This document shows positions 24,378-38,782 of a stretch of DNA of 64,000 nt, piece by piece; position 1 is the first letter of the stretch; every line of letters begins with the position of its first letter. This DNA is from Vermamoeba vermiformis. Lineage: Eukaryota. The stretch is from positions 62,001 to 126,000 of the forward strand of contig JBEWZL010000137.1 of assembly GCA_045837725.1 (NCBI GenBank), read 5' to 3'. The notes under the pieces were generated by a model. That model worked only from the letters and a program-made list of their open reading frames with translations. It did not search any database and was not told the DNA's origin. The translations under genes and the position numbers were made by a program.

Positions 24378-24765
24378 GCTGGCCAATATATATTGTTTGC
24401 AGGTTATATGTACAGTCTAGTTGGCCACACAGCTGTTGTGTTTGTTCGGATCCGAAGTGTTTTGAACTGAAAAGTCGTCTGGAAAACTCAAAGACCTCAC
24501 CGAGCACTGAAACTGCACTAACTGACTGGCCTATCGAGAGTGCGGTGCGCTATTGTAATATATTATGCCCGTGATGATGGAGAACTCCTTGCCAAGAATA
24601 ACTCGGTCGTGTTCTCAGTGAGTCATTTTCATCGCGCATCTGTGAATGACACCTCAACACTGAACAATCATTCAAGTGGCAACATATATTCAATAGCGCA
24701 GTGGTCTTATTTGATTGCAATCCACTGCATATGACAAACACGAGCCACTGAAGCACCAATCCGAC

Positions 24766-27700
24766 ATGTTGAGCACGCAATTACAAAATGATTATCGCGA
24801 ATTGAGCGTTGAAGCACGCAAGAAACACAACGACATCAAAGAGGTAATATGATGTGACCAGCAGATCTGCTGCATTGGACCCAAGATAATAATATTCCAA
24901 ATTCACAATAATATTAAAATGACTATTATACGCACAGGCAGCGGAAAAAGCCATATTAACCCTGCGCTCAATCAACGATACGTGCAAGGACAATGCAGCC
25001 GCACAGCTCGAAGGTAAGTGAGGGGCAGATCTGCTCAGCCACCCAATATGCAGATCATACACGTGTCCTATTAACACCGTGCCCCCCCAGAGCTGCGCAA
25101 GAGCAAGCGCGAGTTGTTGGCACCGATCAGCATGTCCTTCGACAGCCGCGTGAGCAAGCTGATGCAACAAGCGCTGGCCCTGTCGCACAAGCTGCTGTCG
25201 CACCAAGCACTGCACGAACAGGGCTGCGAGAGTGTGCTCACGGCACTGCTCACCTCATTCGCGGCACAGACCTCGCTCTACCTCACCGACGAGGCACTCA
25301 CTGTCAAATTGTTGCAAACACTGCTCGTGCTGTCCAGTGTCACGCAGTTCACGCTGAGCGGCGACTATCTCGCGCAATCACTCAATCTCGCGTTCAGATT
25401 GCTCATGCACTCCAAGGCCCCCGCAGTGCAGCCCCTCGCACACGCAGCCGTGCGTCAGATCGTCTCGGCCACTTTTGATCGCACGTGGACGCGACTGCAA
25501 GAGACACGTGATCAGAGTGGCGAGACTCTCGTGCAAGATGCGGCTAGACTATATAAGGTAATTGAGGAGTGTAGATCGATCGATCTGACTGACATGTCCT
25601 AATTAGGAACTGTGCCACATGGTGAACGGCGAGAAGACAGAGTGGTTGGTGAATCCAGATCTCAGCACGAGATTGCTGGGCCTGGAACTCATCGACGAAC
25701 TGCTCGCCAAGCACGTGACACTGCTCCGCTCCTCCGAGACGTTGCTGGCACTCACACGCGACACCCTCACCAAGCTGCTGATCAAGTTGTTCCGCGTCAC
25801 TGACGACTACGCCTGTCTGCTGCGTGTGTTGCGCATTGTGCTGCTATTTATAGTCAACTTCCACGGTGTACTGGTGCGTCACATTGCCATAGATAGTAAT
25901 CACGACTAATCACGTGACAGATGAGTCAAGTTGAGACACTGATCACGCGCATGATCTCGCTCATCTCGGACGCAGCTCCGAGCACTGAGCCGCAGAGTGC
26001 CAGCACGCCAGTCCCCGCGAGCGAGTGTCCGCTCTGGGTGCAGTCCCTCGTGCTCGAAGTCCTGTTTCAGCTCACGCAGCGCGTGCACGTGATCGCTGAA
26101 TTGTTCCGCGCATCAGAGAGTGCCAGCAGCGGTCACGTGTACGAGCGCATGGTGGTGGTGATTGGTCGCGTGGTGCAGCTCATGTACGATTGGTCGGACG
26201 AGGACTTCACCGCGCGTCACGTGATCACCACGAGTGCGGGCACTGCCAAGCTGAAGACCTACTTGTTGGACCGCACGGCCCTGAGCGAGTCTATTAATAG
26301 CCCCGTGGTGTCTAGCCCTGGTGGACCTGTGACAGCGTTCGAAGTGCTGGACTCGCGCGAGTACTTGGCGATGCTGTCGTGCTGTCTCATTCAACAGCTC
26401 GTGGAGGACATTCAGGGCCTCTCGCAGTCCGTCACTGAGGCACGTGATGAAGCACGTGATGATCTCGGAGTATCGGACTGGTCGATCGATCTCTCTTGCA
26501 ATCTCGCCACGAGATCGTGGATGACAATTTTAGCCTCGCTGTCACTCATGCTGTCGCGATCACGTGACGAGTTGATGTTGCAGCAAATTCTCCGCGCGTA
26601 CCAGAACTTCACCGTCACGTGCGGCGTGTTGCGACTGAGTACCCCACGTGACGCGTTCATCAACTCGCTGTGCAGTCAAGCGCTGCCTCTGCCGCGCAAG
26701 AAGAACGTGACTGGTGCTAATAATAGCACATTGACCAAGAAGAATTTGCAGGTGATGAAGACGGTGCTAAATATAGCGCATCGCATGGGCAGTCACCTGG
26801 ACGAGGCCTGGCTGACCGTGCTGCAAACATTCGAGCGATTCGAGCAGGGCACGCGTCGTCTACCAGGGCTGGAGGGCGAGAGTGACTGGAGTGCCAGCGA
26901 TGCCAGTCTGCAAGAGGAGATTTCGATTGCCACGTCAGCACTGAGCTCGCTGTTCACGACGAGCCACTATCTGAGTGACGACGCGCTGATCACACTGCTG
27001 CAACAACTCACGCTGCTGTCCAACAAGCACTTCCACGACATTGGCGAGGATGCCTCGGAGGGTGTCGTGCTGGTACGTAGTCACGTGATGCCTCGGTGGG
27101 GGATGTGTGCGAGGTACTGACGCGCTAAAAATAGAGCACGACGCTGTTCGGACTGCACAAGATGCGCGAAGTGTTGCTCGCGAACACGGACCGCGCGGTG
27201 CTGTTGTGGCCCATCGTCGAGTGTCACGTGCTCGATCTCGCCATGCACCGCAACAAGCACGTGCGATTTCAAGCGGTCAAGATGTTGAACGGCACCGTGC
27301 AGGCCATGATGCAAGAGGCTATTAATAGCAACAAGACGCGCACGCACGCGATCACGTACAAGATGATTCGCTCGCTGTACGAGCTGTCAGTGAACGATCA
27401 CGTGGAGGTGCGACAGCGTGTAGCGGAGAGTGTGCTGTCCATCATCCAGAGCAGCGGTCAACTGCTGCACTACGACAGCAGCCACGTGCCACTCGATGCA
27501 CTCACCTCCTCGCTCGACGAAGAAGATCACGTGATTGCAGCGTGGAAGTTGGTGCTCAAGTTCCTCGATCAGACCGTGCTGCATCTCGATTTAGATCTCG
27601 TGCCCGTCACTTTCAAGACACTCGACATTGTTTGCGCCGATTTCTTGGCTCAATTTCCCGCCAAATTGTTGCCCGAACTGATTCGCACCATTGGTCGGTA

Positions 27701-30030
27701 CGCGGACGGATCACGTGATGACCCGCGTGGTCACGTGGATGTCAACACCTCGATCACTGCGGTTGGCCTATTATGGAAAGTGGCAGATTTCACCGCCAAA
27801 GACTTGCCACTGCTGTCCGCCCTGGTCGATGATCTCGTGCTGGCCACGTGGCGCGAGCTATTAATAGAACTGACGCGTCACTGCATTCACCCCCTGAGCG
27901 AGGTGCGCACGGCGAGTCTGCACACCTTATTTGGCATACTCACCACGCACGCGGGACTCGTGCACCGCACACTGCGCGAGGGACCCCTGTACGCGGAATA
28001 TCTCCTGCCGCTGCTCAGTCACGTGCACGAGACACAGCTCAAGGTGTATCGGTCGGGCACGAGTGGTGGCACAGTGCCATCCTCAGCGGCGAGTGGTCTG
28101 ATGCAGCACCACAGCCGCAACAGCGAGCTCAAGCAGTGGAACGAGACGTTGATGATCTCCATTCAGGGCGTGACACGTGTCTACAAGACCTGCTTCGACA
28201 CCATTCTCGCCCACGTGCCTAATTCTCCGCTGCATCTCATCGGATATCTCACCTACTTTGCACTGTCACGTGATCAAGTGGACGTGCAGATTGCCATCCT
28301 GCAAGCCTTCAAAGAATTGATCGTCACGTGCCTCAATCTCGCCGATCTGAGCACCAATCACGTGATTGTCGACAAAATTAGCACCCATTCTTGGCAAGCA
28401 CTCACATGGTTCATTGTCACTATGCCTGATTTGGTAAGTCTAGGTGCAAAGATGTCATCGCGTGCTCATTTCCTAATTAGGGTCGAGGACACCACAAGCT
28501 GACACTGGCCCTGATCGAGGCCCTGACTGACATTCAACACAAGTGTCAAGGACGCGCTGCTGTCGTGACACGTGTGCTGTCACTGGCGGAACAACTCGTA
28601 GTGGCATGTGTCACAGCCAATGTGGACATCAGCACCGTTCAGCGCCACTTACTCGATTTGGTTGCGCACCTCGGTCTCAATCTGGTGCTATATTTAGAAC
28701 ACATCGAACAACTCGTGACCATGATCCTAAATATAGCCTCACTCGCCATTGGATATCACCACGTGCCCAAGTATCACGTGGCAGCGGAGAATCTCGAACA
28801 CGATCTCACCGTGCAACAGTCCACGTGGACGGAGCTGCGCCTCGATCTCAACGAAGATATTTTGTCACGTGCTCGTCTGACCCCATCACGTGATCGCTGG
28901 ACTGAAACGACACCACTGACTGGCTGGCAACCACGTGATGAATATTTGCAGCCGAAATACTTCAGCATCGCGGACAAATTAGTCAAAGTGCTGTCAAAGT
29001 GCTGGTGTCTCTTGGTATACTGCGCTAAAAATAGCCCCGAGGGAGTCATGCCCTTCACACCTCTCGTGCCGTTCACGGCCGAGGACTGGGAACACATCCG
29101 TCAGTTACATCAAGAAATTTCACCTGAATTCCCCTCGAAGATCATTGCGCGTCTATTTATGGACGTGACAGCCGTAATGGGTCGTGTGGCACAGACACGT
29201 GGTCTGCCCTCCAGCGGAGATTTGTGGATGTTAGCCGCGCAATTCTTCAGCCACGTGACGCTGTCGAGCATGACGCACGTGACACGTCACTGCACACAAC
29301 TCGAATTGACACTTGTCGTCACTGATCTCGCGGACTCGATCGAGGCATATTTGGACAATCAGTCCTCCGCTAAAAATAGACCCGTGACGGCGGAAGAACA
29401 AGAGCGACAAATGCACCTGGTGGCAGCACTGACCGAGGTCTGTGTCACGTGTCTGTTGCCGTGCTGTCAACTGCTCGCCGATGACAAGACGATGACGTCA
29501 CGCCTCGTCACCATCGTGCTGGACACTGCCGCGCTGTTCACTGAACACGAACAGTTCGCGTGCGACTGCTATCGCCAGCTGTTTGCCCTGCTCGATCGCC
29601 GTCACGTGACCAAGCTGGAGATTGCCACCTCGCAACTGATCCTCAGCATGGTGATCACGCGCTGTCGCGAGGTGTGTCGCAGATTTGTCGTCGATGAGCG
29701 CAACAGTGGCAATCTGCCACTACCCAAGTAGGTCACAGAGTGATTATTAACAGTGCACTGTATTAATGAGCTTCATATAGATCACGCGTGTACGAGCTCG
29801 TGTTCGTGTTGACGCAGCTCAAACAACTCGAAGTGGATCCGAGCTTGTGGAGCACACCGACCACGATTGATTCAGTGAACGGCAGTCCTCGTCGCCATAT
29901 TTGGGAATTATATCCTGAACTGTGCGAATGCATCGTCGCAAGAGAGACAGAAGTGAAGCAGCTACTCAAAGAACTACTATTAGAGGCTTACATGACGCTG
30001 AGTCTCAGATCAGATCCTGTACAAATGTAA
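24766..30030 (+). CDS. MON2: Protein MON2 homologue
   Basis: LQNDYRELSVEARKKHNDIKEAAEKA, AAVRQIVSATFDR, LGLELID, CGVLRLSTPRDAFINSLC, DVNTSITAVGLLW, MQHHSRNSELKQWNET, LYPELCECI. Confidence 0.95.
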
Positions 30031-30156
30031 ACAACGCCAATTCCAACCAAACGCATGTTATTGTTTATTATTTGGTTACTTGTGAGCAGTTACATTCAAT
30101 GTAACTTAGGGGTGCTCAACGCCCTGTATATTTTACACACAATGTACATAATAAGC

Positions 30157-33100
30157 TTATTTCTGTTTCAGATCGTTCGAGATCCGCTCCACGCCAGGTC
30201 GAGTGTTGGTCTTCATGGGTCGATAGAGCGTGTTCATCAGTGCACTGCGCTCGGGCTTGACATTGTCCTCGGCTGGTCTGCCCACACGCAGCGTGAGACA
30301 GGTGACGTGGCCCATCAGGCCCGGGTACTGCTTGTGATCTTTGGGCATGGGCGCGTTGGTGTTGTTCTCCATGAACAGCCGCACACGACTGGTCAGCTTG
30401 CGACAGTGCGCAATCACATTCTGCGTGATCTTGCTCGCTGTGCAGTCCTCGAGACCAGCGATCAACTTGCTCAGGCCCTGTGCTCTGAAGGCGCGCTTGA
30501 CACTCTCTGGATCTGCGACATCACTCCATTTGTCCTCTTTGCGCTGCGGATCCACTTCTTTGGGACTGTGGCCGAGGTACTCGGGATCAAAATTGGCGTG
30601 AGCAGCACCGCTCAAGAAGAGCACAAAGTCGTCCTCGTGACACTTGGTGAGTGTGAGACCCATGTTGCCGAGGTCAGGCGCGTCGTCTTTGTCTTGCAAC
30701 AGGCCCAAGCGACCACTGCTCGTCGACCAGGGCGTGACATCGAACACCTGGCCCTGGCGATACACATAGGCCTTGTGCTCACCAATGTTCACAGTCAGCA
30801 GTGCCCACAGTGCCCCGTCTTGTGTGGCCGGGTCTGTGTTGGAGAGACGCAGCAGCACCGCACCGAGCGCATTGCAAGTCTCGGGTTCAGTGAACGAGAC
30901 GGGCGAGAGATCGGTGCTGATCGAGAGCTGGTTGCGGTCGAGCATGGAGCGGTGCGCGTGAGCACAGGCCTTGATGCACGCCAGACCTGCCTTGACTGTG
31001 TCATCGACCTTGCTCTGCTCCATGGTGATGTAGTCTACCAGGGCGTGATTGGCTTGCAGACTGCTGTCACGTGATCGCTCTCCCCAATTGCTGCCAGAGG
31101 TGAGTGCCACACTGACGCGATTGTTGGTGAGTTCAGCGGCGAAGTGATCGACAATCGGATCACCGATGCGCGCCCCATTGACGACAGGATAGGTCGAGAC
31201 ACTCCAGCCCGAGATCATGTCGCTGTAGCGTATCTCTTCTTCCTTGTCCACAATGTTCGACAAGAACTTCATGAAGCTGATGTTGTAGGTGCGCAGCGCG
31301 TGTTTGGGCACGTGACGAATCAGCTCTTGACACTTGCGGTCAAACAGCTCCGAGATCTTTGCATCGCGTGATGTCACGTGCTTGTCAGATGTCAACTTGT
31401 CAGTCACGTGTCGCACAGTGACAGGACTGCCATCTTTCTTGCTCTTGCCAGTCTTCACCTTGCGCTTGTCCTTCTTGTTCTTGTCACTCACGCGCAGTGG
31501 TGTGTTGTTGTTGCTCGGCACGGGCACGGGTTGTGACTCGCTGTGCTCGTTGGTGCTCAACAGACTGCCCACTCTGAAGCAGATCACAGAGGCGTGATCG
31601 GGCTTGCCAGGGTACTCGTGGTACTTGTCAGGCTCGCCCTTGTCGGGATTGTTCTCCATGAACAGACGCTTGTTGCGCGTCAGTCGCACGCAGTAGTCGA
31701 TGAGTGACTGCGCCACTTGTCCCACCGTGCTGCGCGCACCGTGCTCGGTGATGAGTCGCGTCAGTTCCGTGGTCTGGAACTGTTCTTTCACCTCCTCCAA
31801 CACCTCAGGCGCGACATTCTTCCAGAGATTGTCCGGCACATTGAGCTGCAAGTCGGCAGGGGTCTTGCCAGCAGGCACAGGGGCGAGGTTGTCGTGCACA
31901 CCGTCTGTCATGAGCAGCAGTATGTCGTCTTGCTTGCAGGGCACAAAGTAGCAGGAGAGATTGGACAGATCGGGCTGACCACCCTTCAAGTGCGGGCCCA
32001 ATCTGCCACCCGTGTCCTTCATGTCCTGCCGTCTGTTGCTGTCAGTAATGTCGAGCAGCTGTTGCGTGCTCTGTGACCACAAGAAGGCCTTGCAGTCCCC
32101 GACATTGACGCACACAAAGGCCCACTCGTCAAAGTCGTAGTCCTGTTCGCTGATCTTCATCACCATGCCGCCCAAGAAGGTCGTGGTGCCGCACTCCCAG
32201 ATGTCGTCGCGACTCTTGCCCTCGACGATCTTCTCGTGTGCCTTGGTCAGACCGCGCAGCAAGAAGTGCTTGCAGTCCGTCGTGTCGCGAATCATGCTCT
32301 GAATCATCGACTGCGACATGAAGTCAATGAACGCCGTGCTCGCTTTCACCGCTGCATCTCTGTTGCGCGGTCCCCAGCCACAGCCATCAGCCAGGGCCAG
32401 CAGCGCGCGATTGGTGTGCGGCATGAGACGCACTTTGAACCAGTCGCAGATCACTTCAAAGCCCTGACCGACACGCGGGTAATTGGCCAATGAGAGCGCA
32501 GCACAGCGATCTGCAAACAAGCACTTGACTGCTTGACCCTGTTGATCGCTGCCCTGCATGTCGAGCACGTGACCAGCAGGTGGTTCAGTGAACGACTGTT
32601 CGAGCACACTGAAGTGATCGACTTGCAGCGTTTGACGGCGCGGACTGTGCAACGACACCGCGAGCACGCCCTCTTCATCCTCGACAAAGCGCTGCACCCG
32701 CAGAGTGGGTATGCCAGCCTTGTCGTAGTTGTACTTGAGGTGATGTCTGTTGGCGCGAATGAAGTCCTGAATGGAGGGATAGATGATCAGCTCCTCCTTG
32801 TCCACCGCACTGCTGCTCACACTGCTGTGCGACACGTTGCCACCGCTCGGCGGGGTTACTTCTCCTACACGCGTCAAATCTCCGCGATCACGTGCCGTGG
32901 GCGGTGACTCAGCAGTCACGTGCTGCATGATCGGCGAGGGCTCTTCGTGCGAGCTGGAATTGCCGTGCAGATCATCCTCGGAGCCCTGCTTGCTGATGGA
33001 GCCCTTGGCCACCACGTAGCCCGAGTGCACCTTCTGCAACAAGACGTGCTTGATGTTGTGGCTCTTCTTCACATAGGAGCACACCAAGAAGATGGAGGTG

Positions 33101-35415
33101 AGGCGACTGTCGCTGAAGTGGAACATGTACGTGCCGGGCACACGACCCTCCAACAGCTCCTCGCTCTCTTCGATGGACAGATCACCCACGAACCAGTTCT
33201 TGTTGCGCAGATCGGACTGCAGGGGCTGCAGCAGAATGTGATTGTAGTGCGCGATCAGCTGCTCCAGCGACTGGAACTTCTTCTCCACATTGTTCTCCTC
33301 GCTGATCTTCACACCCTCGGGCATGTGGCTCTTGATCAGCACCGTGCGAATGCGACCGCGCTCCTCCACGTACTCGAGTGCGAAGGAGTCCGTGCGACTG
33401 CGACTGAACCGCACGAGATAGGTGCCCGTGCTCTGATCGGCCAGCAGCTTGATGACCTCTTCCACGGCCATGAAGCCGTAGAACCACCTGTGTGACACGT
33501 GTCAATCGAGCACTCGTGCCCAAATATGGTTAAGTACGTACTTGTAGCTGAATAACTTGCGCACATGAGCAATGCTGTGTTCAATCGGTCCAAAGGTCTT
33601 CAAGAAGTCGCTGAACTTGCTCGGTGACACGTGACCGAGATTGTCGGTGTCCAACACGTACTTGAGCAGCGCTTCTGTCTCGGGGTCCAGCGCATTGCTC
33701 GGCGCCGTGGTGCTGTTCGTGGTGGTGTTGCTATTATTAGCTGCATTGGTATTGTTATTGACATTGGTAGTATTAACTGCATTATTGTTGTTGCTGCTAC
33801 TAGTGCTCGCATTGCTGTCAGTGGTGCTATTATTAGGCACAGCGGCGGGCACGAACTGCGCCAAGAACTGTTCCCAGGGCACCATGTCCACATCCACCGC
33901 TCCATCTGCAAATTTGCTGTTCCAAAATGACTGGCCCTCGCTAGTGCTGATGCGCATTACCGAGCGATGTCGCTGCACTTGTCGCTCAGTGCTGCTCTGC
34001 ACCAGACCCAGTGTCTCTAACAGCACTTTAATCTCGCTGCGAGATCATGTTAGTCGCACATTACCAAATATAGCAATCAGTACGTGCCTGTGAATCATTG
34101 AGTCAAATCGCGCTAATTTTCTGCGACGATGAGGATTGTTCAAATACACGCTTAATTTTCCGCCGCGGAATAATTGACCCAGCAGTCTGTTGTAGTCCTC
34201 GAGCAGTGCTTTGAGGCGGAATAACTCTTCCATTTGTTCCGCTGGTGGCGGGGAGAATTTAACGCCGTCGTTGGTGTTGGTGTTGCTATTTATAGACTCC
34301 GTGGGGGACGAGGAGAGGCCCGTGGAGTCACGTGGACTGGAGTGCGTGGCGTGACTGGCTGCGATTTGACCCCAGTTCGCATTCATCCACACGGACTGCA
34401 GCTGCGAGTTCTGCTGTTGATGCGCATTTGCAGTCTTGGGCCGTGGTGGCAATGTGCCAGGGCCTTGTCCCTGACTCGTGCGGTGACTGCCCACGGCTGC
34501 CGAGCTCAGTGTCAGCGGTGCATCAGCGGAGGGTCGCACGCGCGGACTGGACATGGGCATGGCGCTACCATTCGGAGACCAGCCCGAGACACGGTCCAGG
34601 GTGTGTGCCACCAACTCGTTCGTGAACAGAAAGTCCTCCACTTCATCTTCGATCTGACGCCGCCACAGCTCTTTGATCATCGAGTTCAGTGCCTTGCACC
34701 GCTCTGTGGATGGATTAGTGGCGGGCATAGTATTAAGCGTAGTATGCACGACGTTGCAGTCACAATATATAATATTATTGATAGCGAGATCCAATGGACA
34801 CGATGATTTCCGTTAAAATATTTCTATATTTAGCGCAATGTTTACGCGACTAGAAAGGCCATTGCTAAGTAATTGAATGTTGATACTAATATACTGTACG
34901 CGAATTCGTTTGTTTACGGCCGATAAACGTTGTTTAATTTGAAATTTAAAATTGGATTGGATGTATAAACAAAGGCGATTAATTACTCATACAGCAAATA
35001 AACAAATCACTACATACCCATTATAGATTCAACTGATTGTTCACTATTATCGTCATTATCTTGAATTAAATTCCCTCCTTTGCTCAGTGCGGGAGTTGAT
35101 TTGCTCAATGGAGGTTTGCGCGGCTTTGTCGGCTTGTTTTTGCCATCTTTATCTTTGATCTTCTTCTTCTCTATGGATTGGATCGGTTAATTTGATATTC
35201 AATGCGAATACATCTGAAATTCCATTACCCTTTAACTTCTTGATGTGCGGTAATAGTTTACGTCTGGCCTTCTTATCAACGCCAATATTAATAAGGTCAT
35301 CTTCTGTAAAGTTTTCAATGGTGTTGAGCGGCACATTCGCTTTTTTAAACAAATCTCGAAGCTCGCTCAGCCCGATTTGATCCAGCCATTTAGATACTTC
35401 AGTAAAATGCTCCAT
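30157..35415 (-). CDS. SAM - Cbl-like EF-hand - SH2 - SH2 - PP2C-like - degenerate PP2C-like multidomain protein
   Basis: SAM (VSKWLDQIGLSELRDLF..TEDDLINIGV); EF-like (LKYVLDTDNLGHVSPSKFSDFLKTFGP); SH2 (WFYGFM..GTYLVRFSRS; WFVGDL..GTYMFHFS); PP2C-like (ALADGCGWG, GTTT, NVGDCK, MTDGVHDN). The SAM exons join through phase-compatible introns (inferred). Confidence 0.85.
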
Positions 35416-35801
35416 TACGCACCAATGGGCATTATAAACTAAATGAGTAACTACGGCTGTGGCGTTACAGTAATAAAAATGAACTAATTATCACAGCCAA
35501 ACAAATCTTTTTTTGTGCGAGTCACACGCAACTGACAGCTGCGACAGAACTCCATTCTTCAACACATTTATAATATACTGGTGATATATAGGGCATGGAC
35601 CCACTTCATCATTACTGATCCCGATCCTTTACAGTGCGGTAAGGAAGATCCCTGTTTGACGCTCAGAAAAATTAATAATAAATTTTACCGTGCTGATAAT
35701 TAAATTTTAATATTGTCTTATATATCCGTGCTATTCGATGATTTTTTGCTGATTTTGTACATAAAGTAACAGATCGACAACCCCAATAAAACAATATAGC
35801 A

Positions 35802-36868
35802 ATGGAGCCCAAGTTCGAAGACATTGAATTCGACGTCGACACGCTGCTCGATGAAGATCTCAAGCAGAAAGAACAGCCGCGCAAACAGGTCGAGTTGTTG
35901 ACTGTGCGGGCGAGCAAGGCGCGGATCGTACTGACGTGGCTGCGCAACATTATGGCGAGTCTCATTATCGGCAATCAGACGCACTGGTCGGTGATTCAGC
36001 TCGGCAATGAGGGACCCAAGTCGTGGGGCAGTTATCAGCTCTCGTCCTGGCTCGGCATTGACGGCGCCACTGCTGAGTGGATGCAGGCCCTGGACGAGAG
36101 TCGCAAGAGTGCCACCACCGTGCGCGTGAGTGACAGACAGGTGTCGCAGCTGTGTGGCAGTGAAGGACTCGGCAGAGAACTCGGCAAGTGTCAGCTGGTG
36201 TGGTGGTTTGACGAGCGCTGTCAACTCGAAATGACACCTGCCTGTCAAAGCGAGGCCTCGCTCTCCTGTCGTAAGTGTCATATTTCCTTATTAGGCAAGT
36301 CAGTGTCTAACACCACCCCGCAGTGCTGCGGAATATCTCCGAGATGTTAGAGGAGGGCGGCTATCTCGTGGGCCAGTGTTTTGACAGCAGTGACATGTTC
36401 GCGCGTCTGGCCAAACAGAGCACGGTGCCAGGACAGCCGCGGAATATTATTCGCATCTCTGGCCAGGGTCGTGCCAAGGGTGAAGAGGTGCGTGTGGTGC
36501 GCGTGACATTTGCAGATGAAGGTGAAGCGAGCAGTGGCAGTGGCAGCATGATGCCGCTGAGTGCCGTGGAGTGTCAGTTCAGCATTGAATTCTTCGATCA
36601 CGAGCGGAAATTTCCGCGCTGTTACTTGGTGCACTTCCCGACACTCATTCGACTCGCACGACAGCACGGTCTGCGCATGGTGTCGATCACGAACTGCATG
36701 GAGCTGTATGAAGAGTACAGCAAGACCTCGTTCATGAACAGCTTGAACGATCTGATCGTGCAGGACTGTTGGCCCTTCTCATTCGGCAATGAATTCGCGC
36801 AGAGAGAACAGCTGCAGCTCTACGCGATATTTGTGTTCGTCAAAGCGGCACCTGTCACTGAGCTCTGA
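35802..36868 (+). CDS. Divergent mRNA cap guanine-N7 methyltransferase-like protein
   Basis: LLRNISEMLEEGGYLVGQCFDS, YLVHFPTLIRLARQHGL, LYAIFVFVK; intron 36271-36323; SAM-binding motif I degenerate (VIQLGNEG). Confidence 0.75.
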
Positions 36869-37021
36869 GGGCCTGGTGTCTCGAATGTACATAGTAAACG
36901 AAAATAATGTTATCATATTAGTATTTTTGTCTCGTCATGCAAGCTGCAGTTCGTGGTTTGAAAGTCATTCAACACATTGACGCGAACACGAGAACACACA
37001 CATGTGTTTCATACATGTAGC

Positions 37022-38714
37022 ATGAGACGAGGTTATCGAGGTACGTACTGATTGCCAGCATGATTAATTACGAGTTGTGAAATAGATCCGGCTTGCTATG
37101 ATCCTCATTTCCATTGCAATTTTGTCCCAACTATTTTTAAAAATTATTAAAAATAACATTGCATTATCTCTTGATAAAATGGTGCATATTTAAGTCTCGT
37201 ACTCAAGTACATCCAGGTCGCGCCAACAATCGAGCGGGTCGATTCTCTCGGCAACGATATGAGCCCTATCCACACTATCAACCTCATTATGCACCGCCTG
37301 TCTATATACCGCCTATTCAGCCTCAGTATCTCCCTCCACTGCCGGTGCCAGCAGCAGTCCCGATTAGGAGAGCAGAACCACGTGATCAATTGACAGCGAC
37401 ACTCAAAATGTACTGCGAGGACGAGGTGATTGAGCGCGCATTGAATCACAATGCTGTCGTGCATAGCAACGCTGTGATTGGTACTATTAATAGCACCGCA
37501 GATGCCGACACCAAAAATAGCAACACTGCTGCAGAATATCAGCCTGATGTGCAGTCAGACTCTGACCACGAGACCACGGAACAGCTCGATGCAGTTCAGA
37601 GGACCGCAACTCAAGTTCAACACACGCCAGTGACACTTGTCAATCAGTCACCTGCACAGATTCAATCACGTGGTGCACCCTCAATGACACGCGTCACACC
37701 TGTCACTGCACTGCCATCACCTGTCAAAGTGTCAACTCCTCGCCCTGCTGCAGGTCACGTGCCAGTAGTAGTTCCAAAAAAAGCAATCTCTCGTCCGACA
37801 CCGCCAGTGACAGCGACAGTTGTCAACATGACACCGCAGCAGAAACAAATTCAGCTCAAGCTCGCACCCGTGCAGATTGTTCCGTACGAGGGCGGAAAAG
37901 CGCTGAAATTTCCGTACGATCCGATCGAGTGGCCCAAGACACCCAAACAGTACATTCTCGAGTGGTTTCAGCGTCAGTCGGCACTGCGCGTCAACAAACA
38001 ACTCGCGCTGATTGATCCGCAGCGTGCAGCAGCCATGTCGCAAGTGCCCAAGTGGGAGAAAGTGCCCGCTCCTGCCCTCCGCCAGGGCCTGCACCTCGTG
38101 ACACTGCACGTGACTGACCCGCGCACCTTGCAAGCACTGACCTTCACACCTGACCGCTATTGGAGGTATGAACTCGGAGCTATTTTAGACCCGCGACTGA
38201 CCAATCACGTGACAGCACTATCAAAGAGGCCGAGCACGTGGCCAGTCTACTATTTTTGCAGTATTTGTTGCCACAAGCGAATTCAGCCAAAGAGATTCAT
38301 GAAGCGATGGAAAACATGCAAAGACATCAGAAGCGACTAAATTCAACGAGTGCAGGTCAGTGAGTTACACGTGTCACATGTCATTACTCACCATTCACTG
38401 AAGGACCTGTCGCACGCAAGCCAGGAGCAGTGCCAGCAGAGAAAGTTGGCAAAGAAATCTACAGCGCAGTGCCACCGACCCCGCAACTGACAGTGTCAAC
38501 GCGCGCACCCGACGCAGCACCTGTCAAACAGTTTCTTGACACGCGCAGTCACGCGTCAACTGCCAGCAGTACCGGGCCAACAAGCGTCAACACACCACCT
38601 CCAAGCAGTACTGTCCCGCACACTGGCCAGGGCTATTACGCGATGTATCCTACGGGCTATTATTATCCGCCGTATTACAGTCAGTACCCTGGCTACTATC
38701 CCTACCCGCAATAG
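37022..38714 (+). CDS. Pro/Tyr-rich protein with a putative dsRBD-like domain
   Basis: RG-rich start; PKTPKQYILEWFQRQ...PKWE...LVTLHV...(spliced) KEAEHVASL resembles a dsRBD; YYPPYYSQYPGYYPYPQ tail. Confidence 0.6.
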
Positions 38715-38782
38715 TGTACATAATCCTTGTAAATAGCACCAATAATGTTCAATACTCGAGTCAGTAAGATTTATTAAGCCGC

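Noticed and set aside
30055-31074. 339-aa + strand ORF and other long antisense ORFs over GC-rich exons
   Set aside because: They overlap well-supported genes on the opposite strand and have no motifs of their own.
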